63,954 nucleotides of DNA, filler included, from Octopus bimaculoides (GCF_001194135.2; 9 parts of 7 records of this genome joined end to end with filler, not necessarily neighbours in it); one strand, 5' to 3'; counted from the whole stretch's first letter, positions 12,960-24,279 are shown. The notes: generated by a model not told the origin, from the letters alone. A program made the numbers and translations.

Positions 12960-13066
12960 TATCAGATTGGAGCCTGGTGCAGCCTCCTGGCTTGCCAGTC
13001 CTCAGTCAAACTGTCCAACTCATACCAGCATGGAAAGCGGACGTTAAACAATGATGATGATGATGC
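12960..13066 (+). mobile_element. RTE-tailed element 3' end
   Basis: ATCAGATTGGAGCCTGGTGCAGCC...CATGGAAAGCGGACGTTAAAC(AT/GAT)n. Confidence 0.85.
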
Positions 13067-13069
13067 TAT

Positions 13070-13389
13070 ATATATATTAATAAGAATAAAGAGTATGGAG
13101 ACTTGTACATCCACCAAATGTATTTTATAGTTATATACAGCAGCCTATAATGACCTACATGTGTTTCCACTGCAACAACTAATCACTATTGCAAATGCAA
13201 CCTTGCAATATCACTTTGAGGATGACCAAATGGACAGATCCTGATGAAGCTGCAAAAACAATATTGCAAGGTTGCATTTACAATAGTGAGTAGTTGCTGC
13301 AGCAGAAACACATGTAGGTCATTATAATATGCTGTATATAAAATAAATTTTGTGGATGTACAAGTCTCCATACTCTTTGTTAATATATA
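13070..13389. repeat. Foldback element, ~135-bp inverted arms
   Basis: 13070-13211 is the reverse complement of 13259-13389 (AAGAGTATGGAGACTTGTACATCCAC...GCAACCTTGCAATAT). Confidence 0.9.
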
Positions 13390-13719
13390 CTCCAGACAAT
13401 TTTTACCATCCAGTAAAGAGTACATGGAATTACTCATTGGAAGAATTCACAGAGTGACTAACAACTATATGTAAACACAGACACTAGATGCTGATCATTG
13501 TGGCTTGCTATTAACTGGAATTTAACTCAGAGCCAATACGGTATCCACCTGGATAATATATCCCTCCAAACTCACTTTTATATATATANNNNNNNNNNNN
13601 NNNNNNNNNNNNNNNNNNNNNNNNNNNNNNNNNNNNNNNNNNNNNNNNNNNNNNNNNNNNNNNNNNNNNNNNNNNNNNNNNNNNNNNNNNNNNNNNNNNN
13701 NNNNNNNNNNNNNNNNNNN

Positions 13720-13756
<37 letters not shown>

Positions 13757-13789
13757 TGCACACACGCACATATGTGAAAGCACCTTATG

Positions 13790-13915
13790 AAGGTGCATGG
13801 CTTAGTGGTTAAGGTGTTGCACTCACAATTGTGAGATCGTGGTATTGATTCCCAGACTGGGCGTTGCAGTGTTCTTGAGCAAAGCACTTCATTTCACATT
13901 GCTCTGCTATCATTT
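13790..13915 (+). mobile_element. tRNA-derived SINE head (family C)
   Basis: A-box-like TGGCTTAGTGGTTAAGG and B-box-like GGTATTGATTCCC, followed by GTTCTTGAGCAAAGCACTTCATTTCAC. Similar to 47397-47552 and 30360-30530(-). Confidence 0.75.
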
Positions 13916-14329
13916 CAACAACTGACATGTGACACCCATTGCACCTGTATAGGTAATGTTGATCTGATAGAGGGAGTGAGCTTATGTCTACACCAACATT
14001 TGATCATTATAAACAAATTATCTGTGTGATTGTTCGGTAAGAAATTCTCAAACCCTCATACATCGTCTAATAACAGAAGAGTCCATTGTACACACATGTA
14101 TAACAGGTTTCTTTCAGTTTTCATCGACTAAGGTTGTGGTCAGCCCATGACTATATCAGAAGATACTTGCTGAAGGTGCCACCAAGTTGGACTGAACCCA
14201 AGACAACAAGGCTGGAAAGCAAGCTTCTTAGCCATTCAATAACATCTTCATCTATATGTACTGGCATGTTTGTGCGGTCAAATATCATTGAGCATGAATT
14301 TATAATTTTTTCTTTCTTTATTTTTTTTT

Positions 14330-14573
14330 TGTTGGCACTCCGTCGCTTACGACGTCGAGGGTTCCAGTCGATCCGATCAACAGAACAGCCTGCTCGTGTA
14401 ATTAACATGCAAGTGGCTGAGCACTCCATAGACACATGTACCCTTAACGTAGTTCTCGGGGATATTCAGCGTGACACAGTGTGACAAGGCTGACCCTTTG
14501 AATTACAGGCACGACAGAAACAGGAAGTAAGAGTGAGAGAAAGTTGTGGTTGAAGAGTACAGCAGGGTTCGCC
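14330..14573 (-). mobile_element. SINE (family D) 3' part
   Basis: Near-identical to 18015-18300; runs into a gap. Confidence 0.8.
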
Positions 14574-15357
14574 NNNNNNNNNNNNNNNNNNNNNNNNNNN
14601 NNNNNNNNNNNNNNNNNNNNNNNNNNNNNNNNNNNNNNNNNNNNNNNNNNNNNNNNNNNNNNNNNNNNNNNNNNNNNNNNNNNNNNNNNNNNNNNNNNNN
14701 NNNNNNNNNNNNNNNNNNNNNNNNNNNNNNNNNNNNNNNNNNNNNNNNNNNNNNNNNNNNNNNNNNNNNNNNNNNNNNNNNNNNNNNNNNNNNNNNNNNN
14801 NNNNNNNNNNNNNNNNNNNNNNNNNNNNNNNNNNNNNNNNNNNNNNNNNNNNNNNNNNNNNNNNNNNNNNNNNNNNNNNNNNNNNNNNNNNNNNNNNNNN
14901 NNNNNNNNNNNNNNNNNNNNNNNNNNNNNNNNNNNNNNNNNNNNNNNNNNNNNNNNNNNNNNNNNNNNNNNNNNNNNNNNNNNNNNNNNNNNNNNNNNNN
15001 NNNNNNNNNNNNNNNNNNNNNNNNNNNNNNNNNNNNNNNNNNNNNNNNNNNNNNNNNNNNNNNNNNNNNNNNNNNNNNNNNNNNNNNNNNNNNNNNNNNN
15101 NNNNNNNNNNNNNNNNNNNNNNNNNNNNNNNNNNNNNNNNNNNNNNNNNNNNNNNNNNNNNNNNNNNNNNNNNNNNNNNNNNNNNNNNNNNNNNNNNNNN
15201 NNNNNNNNNNNNNNNNNNNNNNNNNNNNNNNNNNNNNNNNNNNNNNNNNNNNNNNNNNNNNNNNNNNNNNNNNNNNNNNNNNNNNNNNNNNNNNNNNNNN
15301 NNNNNNNNNNNNNNNNNNNNNNNNNNNNNNNNNNNNNNNNNNNNNNNNNNNNNNNNN

Positions 15358-15635
15358 GAACTGGCTCCTGTGTAGGTGGCACATAAAATACACCATTTGG
15401 AGCGTGGCCGTTGCCAGTACCGCCTGACTGGCCTTCGTGCCGGTGGCACATGAAAGCACCTACTACACTCTCGGAGTGGTTGGCATTAGGAAGGGCATCC
15501 AGCTGTAGAAACTCTGCCAAATCAGACTGGAGCCTGGTGTAGCCATCTGGTTTCACCAGTCCTCAGTCAAATCGTCCAACCCATGCTAGCATGGAAAGCG
15601 GACGTTAAACGACGACGATGATGATGATGATGATG
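15358..15635 (+). mobile_element. RTE-tailed non-autonomous element
   Basis: CACTCTCGGAGTGGTTGGCATTAGGAAGGGCATCCAGC...GGAAAGCGGACGTTAAAC(GAC/GAT)n. Confidence 0.9.
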
Positions 15636-16171
15636 TCTGCATGCCATGACAATGTAATGTAGCTATACACCGAAGTATGAGCAAAAGGTGGAACGCATAC
15701 AAACATCAAATGAGTACCAATATTGCTTTCATACATTCACACTCACATATACATACACAGAGCAAATTACCAACACAAATACATTAAAAACAATACCAAA
15801 AAAAAAATCACATAGAGATATATATAAATGTGAACAAGTGTAGAAAATTATGGACTATTTTGAATTGCATACTGTTAAGTAATTTAAAGTAATGCTTTGT
15901 TCAGTGTCCATGCTAAAGTAATAAGAAGCACATTGTTTATGCATTGTAATTTTTTCTTGTTTGTTTTTAAAAAACATTATTAATGATCAAAGAGTTCAGA
16001 GAAATGTGTCATTACAAGCAGAGCCTTCATTTTCATTTTTTTTTTTTTTAAATTATTGTTGATATAAGTCATTAATTAAGTATGTTACACTACCTCACTC
16101 TCCTGAGCTTATATGTGAATATGTGTATATGTCTGTGTCGGTGTGCATGTTTGTATGTGTGTACATATGTA

Positions 16172-16226
<55 letters not shown>

Positions 16227-16349
16227 ATATATATATATATATATATATANNNNNNNNNNNNNNNNNNNNNNNNNNNNNNNNNNNNNNNNNNNNTTAATTA
16301 ATTAANNNNNNNNNNNNNNNNNNNNNNNNNNNNNNNNNNNNNNNNNNNN

Positions 16350-16440
16350 CCTTTGAAATAATCACCTTGCACAGCAAGAAACTGATCCCAGTATTCCTGC
16401 CATTTTTGGAATCTGGCTTGAAAGTCGTTTTCTATTAAGA
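16350..16440 (-). mobile_element. Mariner transposase C-terminal fragment
   Basis: ENDFQARFQKWQEYWDQFLAVQGDYFK resembles the mariner end motif FxxWxxRWxxCxxxxGDYFE. Confidence 0.65.
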
Positions 16441-16444
16441 ATGT

Positions 16445-16945
16445 ATTTTTGAGGATTTTTAACTGAACCATTAAGTACATTAACTATTTGTTTGTCATCG
16501 ATCTCACTTTCATCAACAATTGAAAATACATTTTGATCAGCCAGATAGCTCTTGGAATTTTCAACCGTGTTTGCACTAACCATATCAACATATTTTCACA
16601 TGTAGATTGAGATGGCAGTGACTTATTGATAGAATCAAAGAGACTTCTCAAACTTGGATTAGTGAGCAAAGGAATGTTGGCCTCAAGAAACGCTTTGGTC
16701 ACCATTGCACCCCAAGATTTATCATTTTCAGTAGATTCAAACAATTTGATATTCGATTTTAAGTTTTTTAAAGATAGTTTTGATGTTTTTTGTTTATTCT
16801 GTGTGACTCAACGAAATGACTTTTATCACATTTGACATCAATGACACAGTCTGCAATATAACTGGTTATTGTGAGTCAATACAAATTCCTTTGAGAATTG
16901 TTTTGTAAATTCAATGACTTTTGGTTTTGGTATCTGAGTTAAGAA
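16445..16945 (-). mobile_element. CGGBP1-like / hAT-related transposase remnant (BED finger + DNA-binding domain)
   Basis: PKPKVIEFTKQF...LYCRLCH..CDKKSFR(V)ESHRINKKH (C2H2 BED-like), then AFLEANIPL.LTNPSLRSLF and NVFSIVDE (first catalytic D). Frameshifted. Confidence 0.65.
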
Positions 16946-18014
16946 TAAGAAAATCATAATAATCAAAATTACTTGAAACAGGAAAAAAAGCAGCTCAATA
17001 AGACAATGACAAAAGAACTCCACAATCAACTTCAGAAAGATCCATCAACGCAACAGTGAAAGAAAATGATTCAATTCAATTAACCTCAGATAAAAATTTA
17101 CATAATAGTTGATAAATTTAAACAACATAAAAAAATATATATTGAAATATCATTGAGGAACAGCTAACATACTCTACATTTATGCATAGTGAAAAGAATA
17201 GCAAGGAAAAGTAGATACTTTTGATGATAAATTTAAAATTCCTAAATAATAGGTGCAAAGAATTAAAACTAAGTATATACACTTACAACTGGATGGTAAT
17301 AANNNNNNNNNNNNNNNNNNNNNNNNNNNNNNNNNNNNNNNNNNNNNNNNNNNNNNNNNNNNNNNNNNNNNNNNNNNNNNNNNNNNNNNNNNNNNNNNNN
17401 NNNNNNNNNNNNNNNNNNNNNNNNNNNNNNNNNNNNNNNNNNNNNNNNNNNNNNNNNNNNNNNNNNNNNNNNNNNNNNNNNNNNNNNNNNNNNNNNNNNN
17501 NNNNNNNNNNNNNNNNNNNNNNNNNNNNNNNNNNNNNNNNNNNNNNNNNNNNNNNNNNNNNNNNNNNNNNNNNNNNNNNNNNNNNNNNNNNNNNNNNNNN
17601 NNNNNNNNNNNNNNNNNNNNNNNNNNNNNNNNNNNNNNNNNNNNNNNNNNNNNNNNNNNNNNNNNNNNNNNNNNNNNNNNNNNNNNNNNNNNNNNNNNNA
17701 GTATCTAATGCTAAAAAAACCATTCTTTTTGGTGTCTTTTAACCTTAAAATGAATGGGGTTTTTTTATGAATTTTAACTTTTTGGCAAAAAATTTCCTTA
17801 GTAATAAGGTGTATTAGTCCTTTGGTATTCCATAAATAGTTAACTCATATTAACAAGTTAACATTGTTGTTTGCATGTTCAGTAATGTTATTGTAAAAAT
17901 TTATAAATGTTGTAAGAGTGAAAAATTGTAATAATTAATACATGTTGATCATGATCACCCAAAGGAAGCACTTGAAATAATGAGTTGACATTATTATTGT
18001 TTGTTGTTGTTGTT

Positions 18015-18423
18015 GGCCCTCCGTCGCTTACGACGTCGAGGGTTCCAGTTGATCCGATNNNNNNNNNNGCTTACGACGTCGAGGGTTCCAGTTGATCCGA
18101 TCAACGGAACAGCCTGCTCGTGAAATTAACGTGCAAGTGGCTGAGCACTCCGCAGTCATGTGTGCTCTTAACGTAGTTCTCTGAGAGATTCAGTGTGACA
18201 CAGAGTGTGACATGGCTGACACTTTGAATTACAGGCACAACAGAAACAGGAAGTAAGAGTGAGAGAAAGTTGTGGTGAAAGAGTACAGCAGGGTTCGCCA
18301 CCATCCCCTGCTGGAGCCTCGTGGAGCTTTAGGTGTTTTCGCTCAATAAACACTCACAATGCCCGGTCTGGGAATTGAAACCGCAAGTCCGCTGCCCTAA
18401 CCACTGGGCCATTGCGCCTCCAC
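18015..18423 (-). mobile_element. tRNA-derived SINE (family D), nearly full length
   Basis: Minus-strand head GTGGAGGCGCAATGGCCCAGTGGTTAGGGCAGCGGAC...GGTTTCAATTCCCAGACCGGGC (A/B boxes), with a (CAA)n tail at ~18000. Confidence 0.85.
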
Positions 18424-18499
18424 TATTATTGTTTACAAGGATATCAAAAGAATTATGCAAATTACAATATGTAGTAGATGTCAATAAATAAGAATAATG

Positions 18500-18705
18500 T
18501 TTTCTACTTCAGGCACAAAGCCCTAAATTTGGTGGGAGGGGGCTAGTCGATTACATTGTACCAGTACGCAACTGGTACTTAATTTATCAACCCTGAAAGG
18601 GTGAAAGGCAAAGTCGATATGAGAGGAATTTGAACTCAGAACATAAAGACAAAGTTCTAATTCCGCTGAGGTTGACGTTGCCTTTCATCCTTTCGGGGTC
18701 AATTA
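18500..18705. mobile_element. Two family-A SINE fragments in inverted arrangement
   Basis: GAAAGGGTGAAAGGCAAAGTCGA...GGAATTTGAAC (minus copy) followed by TTCCGCTGAGGTTGACGTTGCCTTTCATCCTTTCGGGGTC (plus copy). Confidence 0.7.
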
Positions 18706-19382
18706 GAGAGGTTTCCCAACGCCCCCAACTTTGCAACCCAAGGTAGTGAATTGCTTTGGTTTTTTTTTTTTTTTTTTTTTTTTTTCAATTGTGTTTTTTG
18801 TTTTGTCCAATTTTCTAATATAATTTTGTAAAATGGTAAACACTGTGAAGGCAATAAAATCTATGTAGGAAACTAATTACCTGTTTTATTATTCACTTAA
18901 ACTTATTTCTATGACCAAATATCTTTAATTGTGCATGCACTTATACCTGCAAAAATATGAATTTCAAATAAATTCATATGAATATTTTACACAATTCTTA
19001 CATCAGAATAGCTTAATTGAAAATAACAATAAAATTTTAATCCATTATTGAGAATAAATTTAAAAAACCGTTAGACATATCCAAATTCGGTTGAAACACT
19101 ATTTGGTTTGAAAAAATATGCTTAATGTTTACAACTTGACCAGGAAACGAAAATCAGGACAAAAATAGTTCAATAGGTGTAAAAAAAAATGTGTAGGAAA
19201 TAAATATGAAAAGAAAAAAAATGTGCACAAAGCAATGGAAGGGTGGGGAGAAGACCTCAGAAAATTCACAAGAGGCAACGGTATACATTATGATTATAAA
19301 GAAATTTGTCGGTAAAATCTTTTCCAATGGGGTGAGGAGAGGACTTCGGAAAATTCACAAGATACGAGTTTTTTCCTCATAA

Positions 19383-19437
19383 CTCGGAACCATGTGGTTG
19401 GTAAGCTACTTACCACACAGCTATTCCTGCGCCTATG
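19383..19437 (-). mobile_element. SINE head fragment (family B)
   Basis: Reverse complement ATAGGCGCAGGAATAGCTGTGTGGTAAG...CCAACCACATGGTTCCGAGTT matches the head at 29645. Confidence 0.65.
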
Positions 19438-19544
19438 CTAAAGGTGCACTTGTAAAAATTTAACATGTCTGTATATATATATGCATGTGTGTGTGTGTGT
19501 TTATATATGTGTGTGTGTGTATATATATATACACACACACACAG

Positions 19545-20913
19545 ATAGAAGGGATGCAGAAATCAGGACAAAAATTCTATCAAAACTGGAAATGAACCAG
19601 GATTTGACATTGCAGAAACTGTCGGGAGAATGTAACAGGATATTAAAATTAAGGCATGACATGGAAGAAATTCCATGAAAAGAGTGTTTTCACATATGAC
19701 CAGTGCAAAAAAAGTTGGAAGACAAATAAAGTGTTGCAGGTAAAACAGAAAAAAATCAGAATGTAGTCCTATGTATGGCATGTGGTGGGATGCATCTAAA
19801 AAAGATTGTCCGCATAAAAAAGCAAAGTGTTTTCGCTGCGGGGTTACAGGACATATAAATTCACACTGCAAAACTAGAATGAAAGGGAAAACGGAACAAA
19901 CAAGAAAAGATAAAGAGTTTGTCAGCAGGAAAAGTTATGACTACAACAAACAGAAAATTCATGACTGTGAGAATTGAAAACACTACTGTTAGAATGCAAT
20001 TAGACACAGGAATTGACATCACAATTATAAATGAGAAAACATGGGAACAAATGGGTAAACCAAAATTATGTACTTCGAACAAAACAGCATACGGTGTTAC
20101 GGGAAGAAAATTATATTTCATGGGCGAACGTAGTTGTAATATAATGTTCAAAGGTTGAACCAAAAAAGTGAACGTTTATGTGCTGAAAAAATTCATGAAT
20201 TTATTTGGGACCGAATGTATGGAGAAATTTAATTTATGGGAGACACCCATAAGCGTTTTGTGCAATTGCGTATGTGGAGCAGTTAAATGATTGAACAAGG
20301 TCGATGAACCGAAAAAAAAGTGTAATGTGGAACATCGTGAGTGAACTACCAGTAACTTTGGAAGAAATAAAAAGAAATGCAAGAAATGACAAATTTATTA
20401 ATGAGACAAAAAGAAAACTGTAGTCGACAACAGGACATAAAGAAAGGTCTGATGCAAAGAACCACCAAGATGTGAACGTGTACCCTATATGTGATGGTGT
20501 ACTAATGTACACTCAGAGGGTGGTCATACCACAGACATTACAGAAGAGAATGCTAAAAGAGTTCCATGTGGGACATCTAGGTATCTCTAGAATGAAAGCG
20601 CTGATGCGAAGTTTCGCATACTGGCCAAGCATGGACATGGAAGTTGAAAACCTGCAGAGGATGTGCACTGGTAGTGAAACTACCTACTACAAAATGTGAA
20701 CCTTGGTTGGAAGTGAAAATACCATGGTCCCGATTGCATATCGATTTTGCAGACCTGGTAAATGGGTGTTATTACTTAATAGTAGCCGACAACTACACAA
20801 AATTGCTTGAGGTCGCTTGAGCTTCTTACACGAGCTGTTCGCAAGATTTGGTGTCTCGGATATAATTTCTCTGATAACAGAACAGTTTGTATCCTGTGAG
20901 TTTAAATGATTCT
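19545..20913 (+). mobile_element. Decayed Ty3/Gypsy LTR retrotransposon, internally deleted (gag-PR-IN)
   Basis: Zn knuckle CFRCGVTGHINSHC, protease MQLDTGIDITII, integrase HHCC region EFHVGHLGISRMKALMRSFAYWPSMD, and WSRLHIDFA. No RT/RNase H between PR and IN. Confidence 0.85.
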
Positions 20914-21462
20914 GCTTCGAGAGTTGCATTCCCTCGCGTTTGGGACAATGTGTTTATTATGGTAGTTTTGACTTTAAGAGTCCCTCCTAGCGTGAGGCAT
21001 TTATGTATAATAATGCCCTTAATATAAATAAATATATTTATAGGGAATAATTAATAAATTTTTTCCTTATACGATCATGTAATCAGTATGCGTGCGGGCA
21101 GCGACCGGAAGTTGTGTACTAGTACCGAAAGATCACCCAGTGCTGAATTTCATTCTGAATAAACACGATTACCGAGATGCATTTCGAAAAGCCCACCTCT
21201 TACATAGATCTGAAAGTGTGAACAGTTTCTATATACTATGCTGGATACATGTGGTGTTCGTCTGGTATGTTTATTTTTGTTTATTCTTATGTCTTGACTA
21301 TACTTGCACTGATGATTAAAAAAGTTGCATTTTGTGCACTAATTATGAAACATGATATGCAACTGAGTCTGACTTTAAAAGGCTCGCTTCAAGAGTTGCA
21401 TTCCCTCGAGTTTGGTACAATGTGTTTATTATGGTAGTTTTGACTTTAAGAGTCCCTCCTAG
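20914..21462 (+). repeat. 77-bp direct repeats (20914-20990, 21386-21462)
   Basis: GCTTC.AGAGTTGCATTCCCTCG...GACTTTAAGAGTCCCTCCTAG occurs twice with ~4 mismatches. Confidence 0.9.
21078..21204 (+). mobile_element. Putative short solo LTR
   Basis: TGTAA...TTACA termini, internal AATAAA, locally CpG-rich. No clean TSD. Confidence 0.4.
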
Positions 21463-22240
21463 GGTCCAGATGGAGTATATGTAATCGGAATCTCCTCCCC
21501 CCTTTTTTTATGGAATCCCACGTTCTACTGTATGGAGATTCCGATTTTGAAAAAANNNNNNNNNNNNNNNNNNNNNNNNNNNNNNNNNNNNNNNNNNNNN
21601 NNNNNNNNNNNNNNNNNNNNNNNNNNNNNNNNNNNNNNNNNNNNNNNNNNNNNNNNNNNNNNNNNNNNNNNNNNNNNNNNNNNNNNNNNNNNNNNNNNNN
21701 NNNNNNNNNNNNNNNNNNNNNNNNNNNNNNNNNNNNNNNNNNNNNNNNNNNNNNNNNNNNNNNNNNNNNNNNNNNNNNNNNNNNNNNNNNNNNNNNNNNN
21801 NNNNNNNNNNNNNNNNNNNNNNNNNNNNNNNNNNNNNNNNNNNNNNNNNNNNNNNNNNNNNNNNNNNNNNNNNNNNNNNNNNNNNNNNNNNNNNNNNNNN
21901 NNNNNNNNNNNNNNNNNNNNNNNNNNNNNNNNNNNNNNNNNNNNNNNNNNNNNNNNNNNNNNNNNNNNNNNNNNNNNNNNNNNNNNNNNNNNNNNNNNNN
22001 NNNNNNNNNNNNNNNNNNNNNNNNNNNNNNNNNNNNNNNNNNNNNNNNNNNNNNNNNNNNNNNNNNNNNNNNNNNNNNNNNNNNNNNNNNNNNNNNNNNN
22101 NNNNNNNNNNNNNNNNNNNNNNNNNNNNNNNNNNNNNNNNNNNNNNNNNNNNNNNNNNNNNNNNNNNNNNNNNNNNNNNNNNNNNNNNNNNNNNNNNNNN
22201 NNNNNNNNNNNNNNNNNNNNNNNNNNNNNNNNNNNNNNNN

Positions 22241-23116
22241 GTGTTCGAGGCGCCTGTAGTGACGCCTTAATAGCAGACATTCCGGAAAGCTTATCCACGC
22301 ATGCACAAGGACTAGTTCGGGAAGGAACACAGGAAGAGTCTCATGCGCATGCGTAGTCATCGATATCCAAGTTTCGCGCCCTTATTCATTCTGTTTCTCG
22401 GCCGGCCGGCGAGGAGCCCAGACGTACAAGCAGTCTCTCTCCAACATTCCAACTCTGGAGCTAGACAAATAACCACCAACATCATTGACGGCGTCTCAGC
22501 AACCAAATGGGCGAAGTGCTGCCTATTTCCTCTGTAAATAAATATTGTTGTGTTGATAGTTCAGAATCTGCGTTCCGTTGTTTCTTCAAGAAGTTTAATG
22601 TACGGAAGCGGGTGTACACCTAATGGTGTACAACCACTTTCCTACACACCTATATCTACTGCGGCTTTATACACTGGAGTAGATAATAAAACTGCGATCC
22701 AGTGGTATGAGCTTTGTAGAGAAGTGTGTTCGGGGAAGATGCTTCGAGACAAAGCTCCGCTCGGTGGTCCAGGTCATGAGGTGGAAATAGATGAGAGCTT
22801 GCTCTTTAAAAGGAAGAGCCACGTAGGGAGAATAGGCCATCAAACGTGGGTTGTCGGGTGCTATGACACCACAGTGAAAAAAGGGTTCCTTCAACGTGTA
22901 CCTGATAGAAGTGCAGCAACACTTGAAGCCATTATTATTGAAAATGTATTACTGGGTACTATAGTACATACAGACAAATCGGCCAGCTATAGGAATCTAC
23001 AACAGCTGGGTTACATACACAAAACGGTTAACCACTCAACGAATTTCGTCGACCTTGTACGAATCCCATTGAGGCCTATTGGTCCCGAATTAAAAGACGG
23101 CTGAAGTATGTGACTG
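22241..23116 (+). mobile_element. Merlin (IS1595/ISXO2-like) transposase copy 1, disrupted
   Basis: EVEIDESLLFKRKSHVGR...TWVVGCYD...PDRSAATL...TDKS..Y...HKTVNHSTNFVD. Carries a solo-LTR insertion and a small deletion/frameshift near the end. Confidence 0.9.
22255..22646 (+). mobile_element. Solo LTR (392 bp) inserted in Merlin copy 1
   Basis: TGTAG...CTACA termini, AATAAA at ~22536, 4-bp TSD CGCC/CACC. The empty site GAGGCGCCTATATCTACT is present in copy 2 at ~23411. Confidence 0.85.
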
Positions 23117-23339
23117 NNNNNNNNNNNNNNNNNNNNNNNNNNNNNNNNNNNNNNNNNNNNNNNNNNNNNNNNNNNNNNNNNNNNNNNNNNNNNNNNNNNN
23201 NNNNNNNNNNNNNNNNAGCCTTAAAAAGTAGGCCAAAACTGAAACATTGGAGCAAGACATAGTCTTCTGATTTGCCAGATCTTGTCTAACTGTTCAACTT
23301 ATAACATGGAAAATGAGCCTAAAATAGGCTAAAAAAGGA

Positions 23340-24023
23340 CAAAGACTTTTATGGAAAAGTCAAAGTTGTCCTTACAGCAAATATTCCATATCGTCTTTCA
23401 TTTCGTGTTCGAGGCGCCTATATCTACTGCGGCTTTATACACTGGAGTAGATAATAAAACTGCGATCCAGTGGTATCAGTTTTGTAGAGAAGTGTGTTCT
23501 GGGAAGATGCTTCGAGACAAAGCTCCGCTCGGTGGTCCAGGTTATGAGGTAGAAATAGATGAGAGCTTGCTCTTTAAAAGGAAGAGCCACGTAGGGAGAA
23601 TAAGCCATCAAACGTGGGTTGTCGGGTGCTATGACACCACAGTGAAAAAAGGGTTCCTTCAATGTATACCTGATAGAAGTGCAGCAACACTTGAAGCCGT
23701 TATAATTGAAAATGTGTTACCGGGTACTATAGTATATACGGACAAATGGGCCAGCTATAGGAATCTACAACATCTGGGTTACATACATGGAACGGTTAAC
23801 CACTCAACGAATTTCGTCGACCCTGAAACTGACGCTTGTACGAATCACATTGNNNNNNNNNNTCCCGAATTAAAAGACGGCTAAAGTATGTGACTGGATC
23901 ATTGGGCAACATGAAATGGTCCCGCGTCGATGAGTCAATGTATCGAGAAATGTATGGATTTACTGCGAAGAAAAACTTAGAGAATTTCTATATATTTCTC
24001 GAACACATTGCGGAAGTTTATCC
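23340..24023 (+). mobile_element. Merlin (IS1595/ISXO2-like) transposase copy 2
   Basis: EIDE / TDKW / NHI(E) DDE triad, then SRIKRRLK...DESMYRE...EHIAEVYP. The apparent frameshift coincides with a 10-N gap where copy 1 has 11 nt (AGGCCTATTGG). The N-terminal Zn-ribbon is absent. Confidence 0.9.
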
Positions 24024-24279
24024 GGTACTACTAAAGCAGCACGATCCCGAGCGCGCGGTCGCTCATCGTGCGTCCGCGCTAGCTAGTCATGAGTGGTCGA
24101 TCCTAGCCCTGACCCTGTCCCTAACCCTAACCCTATCCCTAACCCTAACTCTATCCCTAACCCGCGTGTGCAAATGAATACGTGTTTAGGGTTAGGGTTA
24201 GGGTTGGGATTGACCACTCACAACTGGCTGGCGCGGACGCGCGACTGCGCGTTCGGGACCGTTCTGCTTTAGTAGTATC
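24024..24279. mobile_element. Merlin-type MITE with telomere-like repeats, 8-bp TSD GTTTATCC
   Basis: TSD at 24016-24023 and 24280-24287. TIRs GGTACTACTAAAGCAG... / ...CTGCTTTAGTAGTATC extend ~100 bp. (CCCTAA)-like run at 24102-24163 and (TTAGGG)-like run at 24186-24208. Confidence 0.9.

Noticed and set aside
13790-13870. tRNA genes (also 18360-18423, 29645-29710, 47397-47465)
   Set aside because: A/B boxes are present, but there is no complete cloverleaf and each continues into a SINE body.
22550-24023. Bacterial IS1595 contamination or recent horizontal transfer
   Set aside because: It is embedded among eukaryotic LTRs, MITEs and SINEs, and eukaryotic Merlin elements explain the similarity.
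24102-24208. Telomere-fusion scar
   Set aside because: The orientation is CCCTAA then TTAGGG, opposite to an end-to-end fusion, and it lies within TIRs and a TSD.
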